Shown here one piece after another: positions 15,201 to 26,576 of a stretch of 64,000 nt of DNA (positions are counted from its first letter, which is position 1; each line of letters opens with the position of its first letter). A model generated the notes under the pieces. The model was not told where the DNA came from, ran no database searches, and saw nothing but the letters and a program-made list of their open reading frames with translations. Location of the stretch: contig CM074523.1 of the NCBI GenBank assembly GCA_037379345.1, forward strand, positions 28,178,995-28,242,994, written 5' to 3'. The position numbers and the translations under genes were made by a program. The stretch is from Perna viridis (lineage: Eukaryota).

Positions 15201-15455
15201 TGGCAAGCACTCGCTAAATTACGCAAAGTTGCACCCGGTGGCAAGCTGGCACATTTTGGTGACGTAGTTGATTTTGCCAAACATCAAAATCAACATGAAA
15301 GAAAGAAAAGCCTTGATTTATCCGACGAAGATGTTAAAAGAGCTGGAATTAGATCAACAACACCCGGTACAAGAAATAGCGACACCAGAGTTGAACATAT
15401 TCACGAGAATTCATCGTCTGACGACAAATCATCTCCTGAAGATAGCAATGTTTAG
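1..15455 (+). CDS. chs: Chitin synthase (GT2), 5'-partial; exons <1-266, 873-972, 1721-1851, 2306-2388, 2902-3010, 8760-8913, 9489-9696, 10052-10252, 10577-10974, 11744-11908, 12440-12654, 13676-13779, 14380-15455
   Basis: The spliced frame is open with all introns GT-AG and phases matching. It contains the metazoan CHS motifs CATMWHE, HVFFDDAF, TPYG, RHKKRWSQ, LDGDVDF, AACGRIHP, QQFEYAVSHW, CSPGCFSLFR, QGEDRW, QRRRW and SWGTRE, plus the C-terminal TM segments. Confidence 0.96.
425..530 (+). mobile_element. Short tRNA-derived SINE-like fragment
   Basis: B-box-like GAGTTCGAGTCCC at 434-446; no complete cloverleaf. Confidence 0.35.
873..972 (+). CDS. chs: Chitin synthase exon
   Basis: Poly-T plus CAG acceptor; RIFVSSFFCGVFLDLSLLQNRRR...; donor GTAAAA. 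Confidence 0.88.
1721..1851 (+). CDS. chs: Chitin synthase exon (CATMWHE)
   Basis: ...TLYACCATMWHETANEMTQLLKSIFR; donor GTAACA. The acceptor position is less certain. Confidence 0.85.
2306..2388 (+). CDS. chs: Chitin synthase exon
   Basis: RLDMKQYTNNLKAEATGKSSDVETFDLE; phase 2 to phase 1. Confidence 0.85.
2902..3010 (+). CDS. chs: Chitin synthase exon (HVFFDDAF)
   Basis: AHVFFDDAFDP...VNSYVKTFIEVMN; donor GTAATT. Confidence 0.92.
5216..8665 (+). mobile_element. Decayed Ty3/Gypsy internal region (gag-PR-RT-RH-IN) in a chitin synthase intron
   Basis: gag-like WEQYLKRFEYY and QFERHMFR; protease FLIDSGASINVI (~6025); RT RLCVDMRQ and IADDII; RNase H VDAS and YSQTERE; integrase AHESHQG, IDLSGP and SDNGSQF. 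Many stops and frameshifts; no LTR pair found. Confidence 0.93.
8760..8913 (+). CDS. chs: Chitin synthase exon (TPYG...KKRWSQ)
   Basis: SFVHQRQ...RTPYGARITWKLPGGNLLCVHLKNKNKIRHKKRWSQ. Confidence 0.94.
9489..9696 (+). CDS. chs: Chitin synthase exon (DGD)
   Basis: VMYMFYIL...LALDGDVDF...GAACGRIHPIGS. Confidence 0.95.
10052..10252 (+). CDS. chs: Chitin synthase exon
   Basis: GPMVWYQQFEYAVSHWLQKATEH...CSPGCFSLFR...VQYDQ. Confidence 0.95.
10577..10974 (+). CDS. chs: Chitin synthase catalytic exon (EDR, QRRRW)
   Basis: GEDRWLCTLLL...FNQRRRWTPST. Confidence 0.96.
11072..11325 (-). mobile_element. Penelope-like (Naiad-type) element, 3' end fragment
   Basis: Reverse complement of the family 3' end seen at 42330-42604 and 56244-56480. 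Confidence 0.85.
11744..11908 (+). CDS. chs: Chitin synthase TM exon
   Basis: LQYAAILSSIYVIVMVVVLIG...VIAALVHPK; phase 0 to phase 0. Confidence 0.92.
12440..12654 (+). CDS. chs: Chitin synthase exon (WGTRE)
   Basis: EILCIMPGLLYFLAIPSM...NLHNVSWGTRE. Confidence 0.94.
13676..13779 (+). CDS. chs: Chitin synthase exon
   Basis: GCIFCPTNTYSKDDFLYKNMMNQVQ...; bridges phase 2 to phase 1 as required. Confidence 0.75.
14380..15455 (+). CDS. chs: Chitin synthase terminal exon
   Basis: EETRFWKKIIRKYLKPL...LIDLRN...LLIQFIGMLYHRFSTLIHILAS; stop TAG ends at 15455. Confidence 0.93.
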
Positions 15456-18047
15456 TTTTGTTTATTTAGGATTTCTGGTCGTTTTGCATATCAATGATTG
15501 TTTGCTATTCTAGTTCAAATTCCGACAGGTATTTCGTTATCTGCCAAACGTTAGTGCCTTATAAGACAAAATAAGTAGTAGTAGCTCAGAAATAACACTG
15601 AAATACCCCATATTTGTCCACTGTGATACTATTTAACAGCACTTTTATCCCCATAGCAATAATATATACACATTAAAGTAGTAAATATATGAATTTGTTC
15701 TTCTTACAATACGATCTCGGTAGAGATAATTGCGTATATAAATATTTAGATTTAAAGAAGGCAATGGTCAAAATATTCTGCAAAATGAATGATTACAGTC
15801 TCAATAAAAAATATTGCTCTTTAATTACATCATAGGCAAACCCTTTCCAATCAGCAACACAATAGTCGCAGATCTCGTTATCCCTATATTGTCTCACAAA
15901 CCTTACAATATTCATTTTCTAAATTATGAGAAATATATTTGATTTTCAACTGTAGGGGGAAACAAATAACCAGTAAATCTGTTTCTAGATTTTCCCTATT
16001 CAAATCAGTTTTATTATTCTTTTGAAATTCATATTACAAATTCCATTAACCTCCACCCCTTCCCCCACCCCCTTTTTCCACCTCCAAGAAATCTCTGGCA
16101 TCTTGTGCAATCACTATCTTGACATGTGTTTCATTCATTCATTCACTCTTTCAATTGCCGTGAAAGGAATATATTGTATCTCATTAATGATATCTGAATG
16201 TATAAACATATTAAAGTTAAGTGTTTTTGTAATTTTGATTTATATTCAATACGATTGTTATAGATGTTTATTCAAGAAACATTCATTGTTCTTTTAAAGT
16301 GCGCAAGGATTGATTTTTCTATTATAGATTGGTTTGTAACATAGAAGCTTTCGTAGTTCTTCATTATTTAATGTTTTTAGGAATCATATAAGTATCTAGT
16401 GTACAAAACGGTAATACAGATTTTGTTTTATTCATTTTGATATTATGGTAGTTTGAGAGATCAACGATCACAATTTGAAAGGTCACAGTTAAATGGAACT
16501 TGCCGTCATACATGCTGAACACACACATGCACACACATATCACTATAATCCTTTATATGTATGTGATATTGTAGAAAATAAAACAACTGAAAACACATTA
16601 AATCAGAGCGTTCACGGTGAGTGCTTTAGTTTAAGGGCTCTTTCGATAGTTTCTGAACGCTCCAATTGACATCTTAGCGAAGTGAACTACAACAGCAACG
16701 CACTTTCATTTTCGATAGAATTAAGGTTAATTACAAAACTACTCACCTGATAAAATGTATGCCGAAGTCAAAAGGAATAGTCAATAGAAAAGTTTGTACA
16801 ACGAATGGCAATATCAGGGTAAAAATAGGAAAGCTAGAAACCACCGCAATGGTCCTGACTTCGTACACGCATTTCAAAATATACGGTGGGTATTATTGCG
16901 TGCAAACCTCCTGTTTCCACTACGCTTCGTAATTTTTGGTATATTTCAGCACACATATATGCACAATAAACTTGCTACCAGTCCATAATTGATAAAATCA
17001 GTACAGCAGATATGAACAATTAATGAGAGTGAAAATAAAAATAACTAGTCTGATTTTCATTGTCTGGGGTTTGTCCCTTGATTACGTTATTTTTATTTCT
17101 GCTAGATTTAATGTTCGTCTCAAGGTTTGGGTCAACTGAAATAGGTGACGGCTGCACTTCGACCTTTGTAATTTCTTGTGCATCGACATTATTACGATGT
17201 TCTGCTTTTTTTTGTCTTCATTTTCGAACCTTCCTTGATACCTTCGTATTCAATGAACGCTGTCCTAGCATACTTTTATGCATTTAGCACTTAATCTAAA
17301 TTTCTTTTTATTCTTTTTTATGAGTCTTCTTCCTATCCCTCTTTAGTTATCTTTATATTTATAATTATCAGAGATTTTATTTGTTCGATGTTCTGATGTT
17401 ATTCATATACCGATTGAATTTCAAAATGTTACATGTACAATTTTGATGAAGAGGGAATGAAGTGCCAAATCGAAAGGTGAAGGAGCGTTAAAGGGTCTCA
17501 TTGACTTAAAATCCAACTGAAAATTAACCATAAAAATGAAGGATTTAATTTTGAATTTGGAGACACTTCTATGACGTCATTACAATGAAGTAATGCCACA
17601 ACACATTATTTTCGTTAATAATTATATATTCTTCTGTTTTATGATCAATTTCTTATTACAACAATTGTGAAAGTTTAGGCAATAGTCTTTTGAGTTTTCC
17701 TTTTAAAATGCTTGAATTCACAAAAAGGTAAGGTATGCTGACCCTTTAGCTGGATCCTTTAATCTCAGTTTCCACTATATAGATGATGTATTATTTTTAA
17801 ACAATCCTAATTATCCTCTGTGGAATACTTCAACAAAAACCATATTGAAAAATGATATATCCACTTAAAGAACGCTAATGAGGTGGGTTTTTGGAATTCG
17901 TTATGCTCCTTCATGATCATTTTTGTGTGATGTCTTGTTTTTGTCTTTCAGTTTTTTTCATTTACAATTGCAAATATCCGGAAGAAAATGCACCAGTTCC
18001 GTCTTGAATACACCAATACGATTACATTCCCAACTGATGCATCTGCA

Positions 18048-18720
18048 CATAGAAATACAGACATACACAACAAAGAACATAAAGTAAATAATATGAGCAT
18101 ATGAGCAAATCAAACTCCACTAAAAACTGGGAGTATTGACCAGGTGCACCGGTCGGGTAAGCGTCCTCTGCATTTCTAGAAACACCCGACGAGTTGCTCA
18201 TAAAAGGTCAAGCCCGGGGTAGTCGAAAGAGGAAAGGAACACTATGACACGTTGAACAAATCAGTTTTCATGGCGCCGATGGAAACACTGTAACGGTCCA
18301 CAAGTTCATGATGACGACCATAAAGACTTCTTTAGTGATGACTTCAGTCTTGTAGCAACATAACTCTGCTCCAGAAGCCTATTTGTTAGAATTCTAGCGC
18401 AATAAAAAAAGTCTGCGTATTTTCGGCAAGCTCTGGCATAACGTATGAGTTAAATGAATGATATTGCAACATATTAAAGGAAAGTGGACAATTCTGAATG
18501 AAAAGTCATCACGTTTGTCATAAAGTTTGGTCAATAGTTTTCCTGTACCGTCGATTTCTAAGTGTAGGTCAAGGTATGAAACTGACTTCACAGTGTCTGT
18601 AGTATCCTTTATCTCAAGTTCTTTGGGGTAGATGCGATGTTTCAAATCCCTAAAATTAGGATTGTTTAAATATAATACGTCATCTATATAGTGGAAACTG
18701 AGATTAAAGGATCCAGCTAA
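18048..18720 (-). mobile_element. Penelope-like (Naiad-type) RT 3' fragment
   Basis: SFHYIDDVL...YPKELEIKDTTDT...YLDLHL...KLYDKRDDFSF, followed by the family 3' UTR. Confidence 0.9.
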
Positions 18721-18787
18721 AGGGTCAGCATACCTTACCTTACTCTTAGAGATCAATTCAAAAGAAAAAAAAACACACTCATGATCA

Positions 18788-19160
18788 AATATACGACAAA
18801 TGCAATGACTTCTTATTCCATATTGCCAAGTTTCCTTTCATCTGTAGTAACACCCTTTCAATACCTGCGTAGTACATGCTAGTCATATTTTATGCAAGAG
18901 CTTGTACCATACTAGACTTCCGACAATTAAGCTTCTTAAAAAAGGGTACATTGTTTGTAATGTTGATATATTGATAAAGTAATCACTACACAGGTGTTAT
19001 AATCGTCGTCATGAACTCTCATATTGTTAAGGTGTATTCATCTGCACCATAACACCCGAATTCTACACCATGACATAGTTTTTGTTTCCTTTTCATACCT
19101 CAGCGGGTGTTTCTTGAAAAGCAGGACCGCATACCCTGCCGGTGCAGCTAAGTCCGTGTT
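18788..19160 (+). mobile_element. Older, diverged Penelope-like 3' fragment
   Basis: Degenerate match to the YDKRDDF...NFPF coding region and the GCGGGTGTTTCT...TACCCT..CCGGTGCA 3' motif. Confidence 0.7.
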
Positions 19161-20112
19161 ATTATTAATAGTAATCCTGTCTTATTTTAACCATTAAAGA
19201 TTCTAATGATTGATAGTGATATGTAGGCTCCCTTTGTGTCTCTCCATTGGAATGAGTGTATGAAAAAAAATGATTTTCAAGTTATTTTTGAATTCATTTG
19301 TGTCCATGTAGTTTTTGATGCACATATTTCCGCACCGTTCCTATACATGCTATACAAAACCTTTTATATATTTTTGAACATTATATATAAGCTGGGCATC
19401 ATATATAGATGTGCCTGAAGGAAAAAAGTTATCATCTGGGGACTGCAAAGGGAGAAAACTGAACTTAAAGATTACACATTCAACTGCTTTTAAAGTGGCG
19501 ATGTATTATTTTTATGAACTTCCTCACAGTATTTCTAGTTGAATTTTTAGTTGGTTTATGTTTTTTTTCTATTTTTATTTATGTTGTTTTATTTGTTTCT
19601 GTGTCTGTATCATGGCCTTTTTCTTACTTTAACATTAAAAAAATATTCTCCAGGTTGCAGTGGTTGGTCCATGTGGAGTAATTGTTTTTGAATTGTGTCT
19701 TCTTAGTCGTATATGTATCCATGTATTATGTTCCTTGTACCAAGCTTTAGACACAGACCATTTTAGTACTGAAAGGGGGCTTGGTTTGTAATGTAAAAAT
19801 AAAGGTTATTTCAGAGACTGCAGGGGTTAAACCATGAAGAGTGAGGTGAAGTTTCACACAACATTCAAGTTTGATATAGATTTCAATTTTGAATTCAATT
19901 AGATGATCGAGACAGGAAAGGAACTTGACCAAAATCATCCATGTTCCTTTTTGGCCCTTTATTTCGCAATAAGCACAACCCTCCCGCAATTAATCAATCC
20001 AAGCCTTTCTTTTGAGAGGGGGTATGCCACCTTATAGTACAATTTATAAGAACCCCTAAAACTATGATATTTTGACCCAGGATATATTAACCTCGGGGTC
20101 AAGATATCATAT

Positions 20113-21516
20113 TGTAACATACCCTTATGGTAGTCAGAAATTATTCTAAATTTCAGTACATTTTTTAAGTCCAAGTTACCAAAACGTTAGGATTCTCTGC
20201 CATTTTTGTGGAACACACTCTTTCCCTGTGGAATTTGGAAAGGATTTTATTATATTTTTTAGCTTTTATTTATCTTTGTCAGCCCTTTTTTGTAAACATT
20301 TGGACTTGGACATTTAAAAATAAGGTATTTCTCAGTTTGTACGGCATGTTTATGCATTTAAGGATTATGCTTACTTAAAATAAGTTTCGGGCTACCCGTA
20401 GCTCTTATGGAACTGCCACACGTACTGTACTTTTAGAGAAAACATGTTCGACTGATACTTGGAAGTTGTCACTTTCATTCGTGGCGTTCATGGAAACGCC
20501 GGAAGTTTACATCATATCTTAGCTTTGGCAGATTTTTGGCATACAAAAGATTATTATCGAGTCTCCCTTAGACCATTTGGCATTAAAGAATTTATTTAGG
20601 TATTCATTTTATTCATATTGAAGCATTCTATTAACTACGTTCTACGGATCTTTTTTTTATGCGTAGGCGTTCATGTACATTCCAATTAAATGACGTTATA
20701 CGATTCAGGCATAATCAATGACTCATCCTTGTTTTATGTTTTTGTGCCGGAAAATCTGAAATATAAGTCTGTATTTTTATTAAAAGTGGTATCTTGGCCG
20801 ATTGGCAACTTAATGTAAGGTTTTGATAAAGTTATTAGCCAAAGTTAGGGGCAGCCGGCCGAGTAAGGTTCTGCCGGCAATTCCTGAACCTATATAAGGC
20901 GGGAAGCACTGCAAGATGGCATATCGCATCAGTCTCACGAGCTGAGAACATTTCGAACAGACCCCCCCCCCCAAAAAAAAAAAAAAAAAAACAAACGGAA
21001 AAAAAAGAGCTCACTACCAGTTCCAATTGGTACATAACATAAAGTTTCCAAGTGTGCAGAACCATTTTTGAAATAAAGATAAAGTAAAACTCTTTTCACG
21101 AAAATAATACCGGAGAAGAATCTTATTTTTGAATGACCCCTTCACCAGAGATAATAATGGCCGATATTTGCTTTCCGTTTTGACCACACAAAGTTCTATT
21201 TAAAATAAGAATGAGACCTTTCGATTAGCTGAAGTCTAAACTATTTTTGTAATTGAATAACGAATTGATGCGATGTCCCACCACACTGACGACCTGCCTT
21301 ATATAAAAGAGAAGCTACATATAATTTAGAGAACATCATCCGACATCCGACATCGTATTTTTTTGGTTGATTGTTATGCATTGATTAGTTGTTAAACTGT
21401 AGGTTATGATGAACTTATGAATACAAATTATTTTTACAACGATATGCTTCATTATTGAATTCCCGTCTGCTTGAAGCCAGTCGAAGAAGACCAGACCCAC
21501 TCGCCCGTCTATTACA
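20113..21516 (+). repeat. 5' LTR (1404 bp)
   Basis: Direct repeat of 28891-29858 plus a ~437-bp extra segment; TG...CA ends; TGG (PBS-like) at 21520. Confidence 0.93.
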
Positions 21517-21709
21517 CACTGGTGGGATTTTCATATATTTTAAAAGTCCAATGATGCGATCTCACAGCCTGGACAGAGGCAACTTTTATATTAACGGACC
21601 TTTAGTGTGGTGGAAACTTTGTTTATATACGTAAGTTATATTTATTTTAGGAGTTAACAAGTAGTTACGGTCAGAGTAAAGAAGTTATACCAGTTGTCCG
21701 AAAAGTAAA

Positions 21710-24700
21710 ATGGCAGAGTCATCAGACAGAGATATAGTTTTCCGACGAAACCAAGAAGATCGTGAAGTGATATAGCAAAATGATTATGAAAACGAAACTT
21801 TAGAAGATGAAAGACAATTCTTACATGACAGAGGTGACGGAGACGTCCGGGAAAATGGTCCACAAAGACGGAACAGAGAGGTACAGGGAGATGCAATTAC
21901 TGTGATGTCCTACAAACTGTCGGTTAAACCAGAGATTTTTGACCACGAGAAACCGTTAGCGTTGGGGATGGCATTAAAGGGACCAGCAAGAACTTTCTAC
22001 ATAAGCCTATCAGGTACAGACAGACAGACGTACGATGCCTTGTCCAAAGACTAGCCCAGAGATTCGGCAGTACAAGACAGAGAAGCCGATGGTTGTCCAG
22101 ACTTGAGAGTAGGAAAAGAGTACCAGGATAGTCAGTTGCCGTACTAGCACACGATTTAAGACAGATAGCACCGAGAGCCTATACAGACCTAGACGGCAAA
22201 GCACAAGAAGTGTTGGCCCTGAACCAGCTCTATAAGAGCGTATCACCACAGGTTAAATACCAATGTACCAACCAGGGGTGTGAGACAGTCACAGACGCTG
22301 TTGAAGTTATAGAGCGGTATGAGGCGATAGTTGGCGACAGTACAGAAAAGAAAAAGTCTAGTGTTAGGAAGGTGACAGAAACAAATTGCCCTGAACAGAG
22401 CCACAAGAATCATAGCGAAGATAATCAGATGGCAGAGGCATTGGACAGGCTTACAAGATCGGTTGACCGCATAGATGAAAGAAACGGTCAGACAAATAGA
22501 GGGTATGGTAGACCAAATTTTTATAGCAGAAATTTCAGAAAACCGCTAGCATGTCAGACAGACCACCTTGTAAAAAAACTTTGCAGCGTTCTCCTAGTGC
22601 AAAGAAGAGTTCAGAGCTCAACAACAGAGCCAGCACAAGCAAGATACACAACAGAAGAGTAACAACTCCAGAATTACACCTTCAATGCAGAACCAGGGAA
22701 ACTTCAGATCTCAATGACTCGATAGGCCGGGAGACAGTGGGCAAATTACGGTCAGAATATTTGAGAATAGGACAATTGGGAAATATTCTGGGGAATTTAC
22801 GACAATGGACTTTATACCAGAGGATATATTAAAACTTTACCACTAGATGTTTTATTTGATAATGGTTCCACCTCCACTTTATTGGATTACAAAGTTTACA
22901 AGAAGTGAACAGAAACTTCGAATTTATAGATTGAATTAGAAAATGCAGAGTACAAAGTTTATGATGTTAATGGAAAAAAGCTAAGATTGCACGGAATTTT
23001 ACCATACGAACTCCTTTTAGGGAGCACCTCATACAAGGTTACGTTTTTAGTATGTAGCATAGACATTGATGTCATTTTTGGCCAAGACTTTCTCATTGAA
23101 AATGTTACCAAAATTGACTACAGGAAACAAACACTGATGAAGATGAAATACAATGCTGGTTTGGTGGACAGGCCAATGTGAGATGTAGGGTCGTCTCGAA
23201 AGAAACAATAACCATTCCGGAGAAAAGTAGAATGTTTATACCAGTAACTGTTCAAAACAAGGAATATCTTGGTACATGGGGACTGAATGATGCAGGTAAG
23301 AACGCGAAACCAGATTATTATCTGACAAGAGTAATTGTTGATCCACATGATAAAGACGTCAAAATACAGTTAGTCAACTTGGGAAACACACCAGTCACAG
23401 TCCATGCAAAGAGAAACTTAGGTATCTGCGAAACATAATTCGAGCAAGACCAATCAACAATAGCCCACTGCTATAGAATTCGACAAAGCGATGATCTTCC
23501 CACTGAAACAGTAATAGAGTACCTTCAAGATCCATATGATAGGAGCAGAGAACACCTCCATGATGCAGAGAAACCGAAAGTAGCAACACTTCTCACACAA
23601 TTCCAAGCCGTTTTCTCAAAGTCAACTGACGATCTGGGTAGAACAGACCGGGTACAACATCCTATCAATACAGGTACAGCAGCTCCTATAAGACAGCCAC
23701 CTAGGAGACTACCACTAGGAAAACAAGAGATCGAAAGGGAAGAGATAGCCAAACTTCTGAACATGGGAGTAATAGATCCTTCTACCAGCCCATGGTCCTC
23801 AGTAGTACTGGTTGCAAAGAAAGATGGATCCACTCGTTTCTGTGTAGACTACAGAGCACTGAACAATGTCATAACTCATGATGCCTATCCACTACCAAGA
23901 GTAGACGAATGCCTAGACCCCTTGAATGGTTCTGAATGGTACAGCTGCCAGGGATTTTTCCAGATTGGCCTTGATCCGAGAGACAGAGAAAAACAGCTTT
24001 CTCTACCAGCCAAGGGCTCTATCAATTGACGGTAACAACGTTTGGCCTAGCCACGAGTCCTTTGGCATACGAACGTCCTATGGAAGACGTCTTGCGAGGT
24101 TTACAATGGTCCGAATGCCTACTTTACATGGATGACATCATTGCCTCGGCTCATAATGTTGATCAGGAACTTATCAGACTCGAGCATGTTTTTACCAGAC
24201 TCCGAGAAGCCAACCTTAAGCTGAAACCATCTAAGTGTGTCCTTTTTCGGGAAGCTGTTAAGTTTTTGGGACATGAAATGGTCAACTCCCAAGAATTTCA
24301 AGGAGGTAAAGAGCTTTCCAGGACTATGTGGGTACTACAGAAGACATGTCAAGGGATTTGCCGACATCGCAAGGCTTGCAAGGGAAAAAAGCTAGTGTGG
24401 ACCAGTGAATGCAATCAAGCTTTTGAATTCCTTAAGCAAGCAATGAAAAGTCCACAAGTGCTCACGTACCCACAGAATAGACAAGAATTCATCCTCGATA
24501 CGGATGCCAGTAATGTAGCAGCCGCGGTAGTTCTAACCCACGAAATTGACGGAAAAGAGCGGGTCATAGCATACATGAGCAAGACCCTTAACAAACACGA
24601 AGAATCCTACTGCACAACGAGGAAAGAACTTTTAGCAGTTGTGATGGCTCTGAAGACCTTCCACTATTATTTTTATGGTCAGAAAATACACTTGAGAACA

Positions 24701-26340
24701 GATAATGCTGCAGTAAGCTGGTTGAAGAACCTTAAAAATCCTTCTGGTCAAATAGCAAGGAGGCTGCAGGTTTTGGGCAGCTACAACGTGACAGTATCTC
24801 ACAGAAGTGGAAAGAAGCACAGCAATGCTGATGCCCTTAGTCGAGCGCCCTGCAAGATTTGCAAGAGGTATGAGAAACATGATGAAGACACTAATAAAGA
24901 TGGAGAGAAAATGGTCAACCTTGACGAACACCTTGGTGGAACTGAAAATCCATGTTCCTTGAACGATGGAGGTCATAACGGAGATCAAAGTACTGAAGAT
25001 GAGAGGGTCGTATCCAAGCAGCTTTCCGAGGAACATCAATCGGAAACCTTTACTTAATGTACAACGAGGGATATAACGAGAAGTCAGCAACCAGAAGTCA
25101 GGAACAGTCAACTTTTAGTAGGATGGGAACCGTCACTGATAAGACAAGAATAACTAACAGATGTGAGCATATCACCACTTTTTGTTGCAAAAGAAAACGG
25201 GGAATCTAGACCTGACTGGAGTATGATATCACCGAAGGGCGCTGCATTGAAGACCTTATGGCACAGTGAGAAAGATTGGAAATACGAGATGGAATGCTCT
25301 ATAGGAGATGGGAACTTGATGGAGGGAAAAGCTCAAAGCTCCAGCTCATCGTTCCAACAAACAAAAGACAAGATGTACTGAAGCTTTGCCATGACATACC
25401 AACGTCTGGTCACATAGGTGTTGAACAAACGCTAGCAAGAATCAAAGACAACTTTTATTGGTCAAAAGAAAAGAAAAGAACGAAAGAATCTGTTCAAGAA
25501 TTCTGCAGAAGATGTGATCGCTGTTTTGCAGGTAAACCAAAGAACGAAAGAATAGTAGCCCCTCTTGCCCAGTACATAGTCGGAGAGCCCATGGAAAGAG
25601 TCGCATTAGACATCTTGGGTCCACTACCCATTACAAAACAAAATAATAGATACATATTGGTGATCATGGACATGTTCACAAAATGGACAGAAGCTGTACC
25701 AATCCCTTCCCAAGATAGCACTGTCGTGGCCAAAGCACTCATTGACCAGTTTGTCGGCATGTTTGGAACCCCATTGCAGCTCCATACAGATAAGGGGGCA
25801 AATTTCGAATCAGTAATATTCAGGAAAATGTGTGATCTATTAGGCATAGACAAGACTCGAACCACGAGTTACAAACCACAATCAAATGGTGCAGTCGAAA
25901 GATACAACAGAACCCTTCTGACAATGTTAACAATTTACTGTGGAAAGCAACAAAATTTATGGGATTAATATCTGCAGCAGGTCCATCCTCTGATGCTGAT
26001 ATGTATATCATCAACCTGAAAAAGAAATTACAAGAAAATCATGAAATAGCAGGAAAGTCTTTGAAACAATCTTCAATATACCAGAACCATCATTTCGACC
26101 TTAAGGCGAAAAAACGCTCATTAAAAGCGGGACAGCCAGTTTGGATAAGTGGGAGTATGTTCGAAACTGACGTCTGCATGGAAAGGGCTGTATGTAATTG
26201 AAAAGAAAATTGATGATATAACTTACCGAGTGAAGAGGTCTGTTCGCTAGCCATCCTCGGTTTACCATATTGATAAGTTAACCTTGTATTCCGGAAGGAA
26301 TATACCATCATGGACAATACGTTATGTTGGAAGATATGAA
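21710..26340 (+). pseudogene. Gypsy gag-pol, frameshifted
   Basis: Protease-like LFDNGST (~22855); RT SPWSS, RFCVDYRALN and LYMDD; RNase H LDTDAS and YCTTRKELLA; integrase HDIPTSGH...CRRCDRC, DILGP, DKGANF and NGAVERYNR. Confidence 0.93.
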
Positions 26341-26576
26341 CATCAATGCAAAGGAGAAGATCAGCTTTCCGTACTTACAGGAGAAAAAGAGGGACGTCCA
26401 CAATTTAGGAATTTGAGGCTGGTTTGATCACCCAACGGTCAAATCACATAATCCAGTTAAGTAGATATTAGGCTAAGACGGGAAAAGAACGGCGACCTGA
26501 AATGACTTAGCACTGTGGTGGGATATCATAACCAGTAATAATGACAGTATGACTCAAAGATGTCACTTATCTCAGG

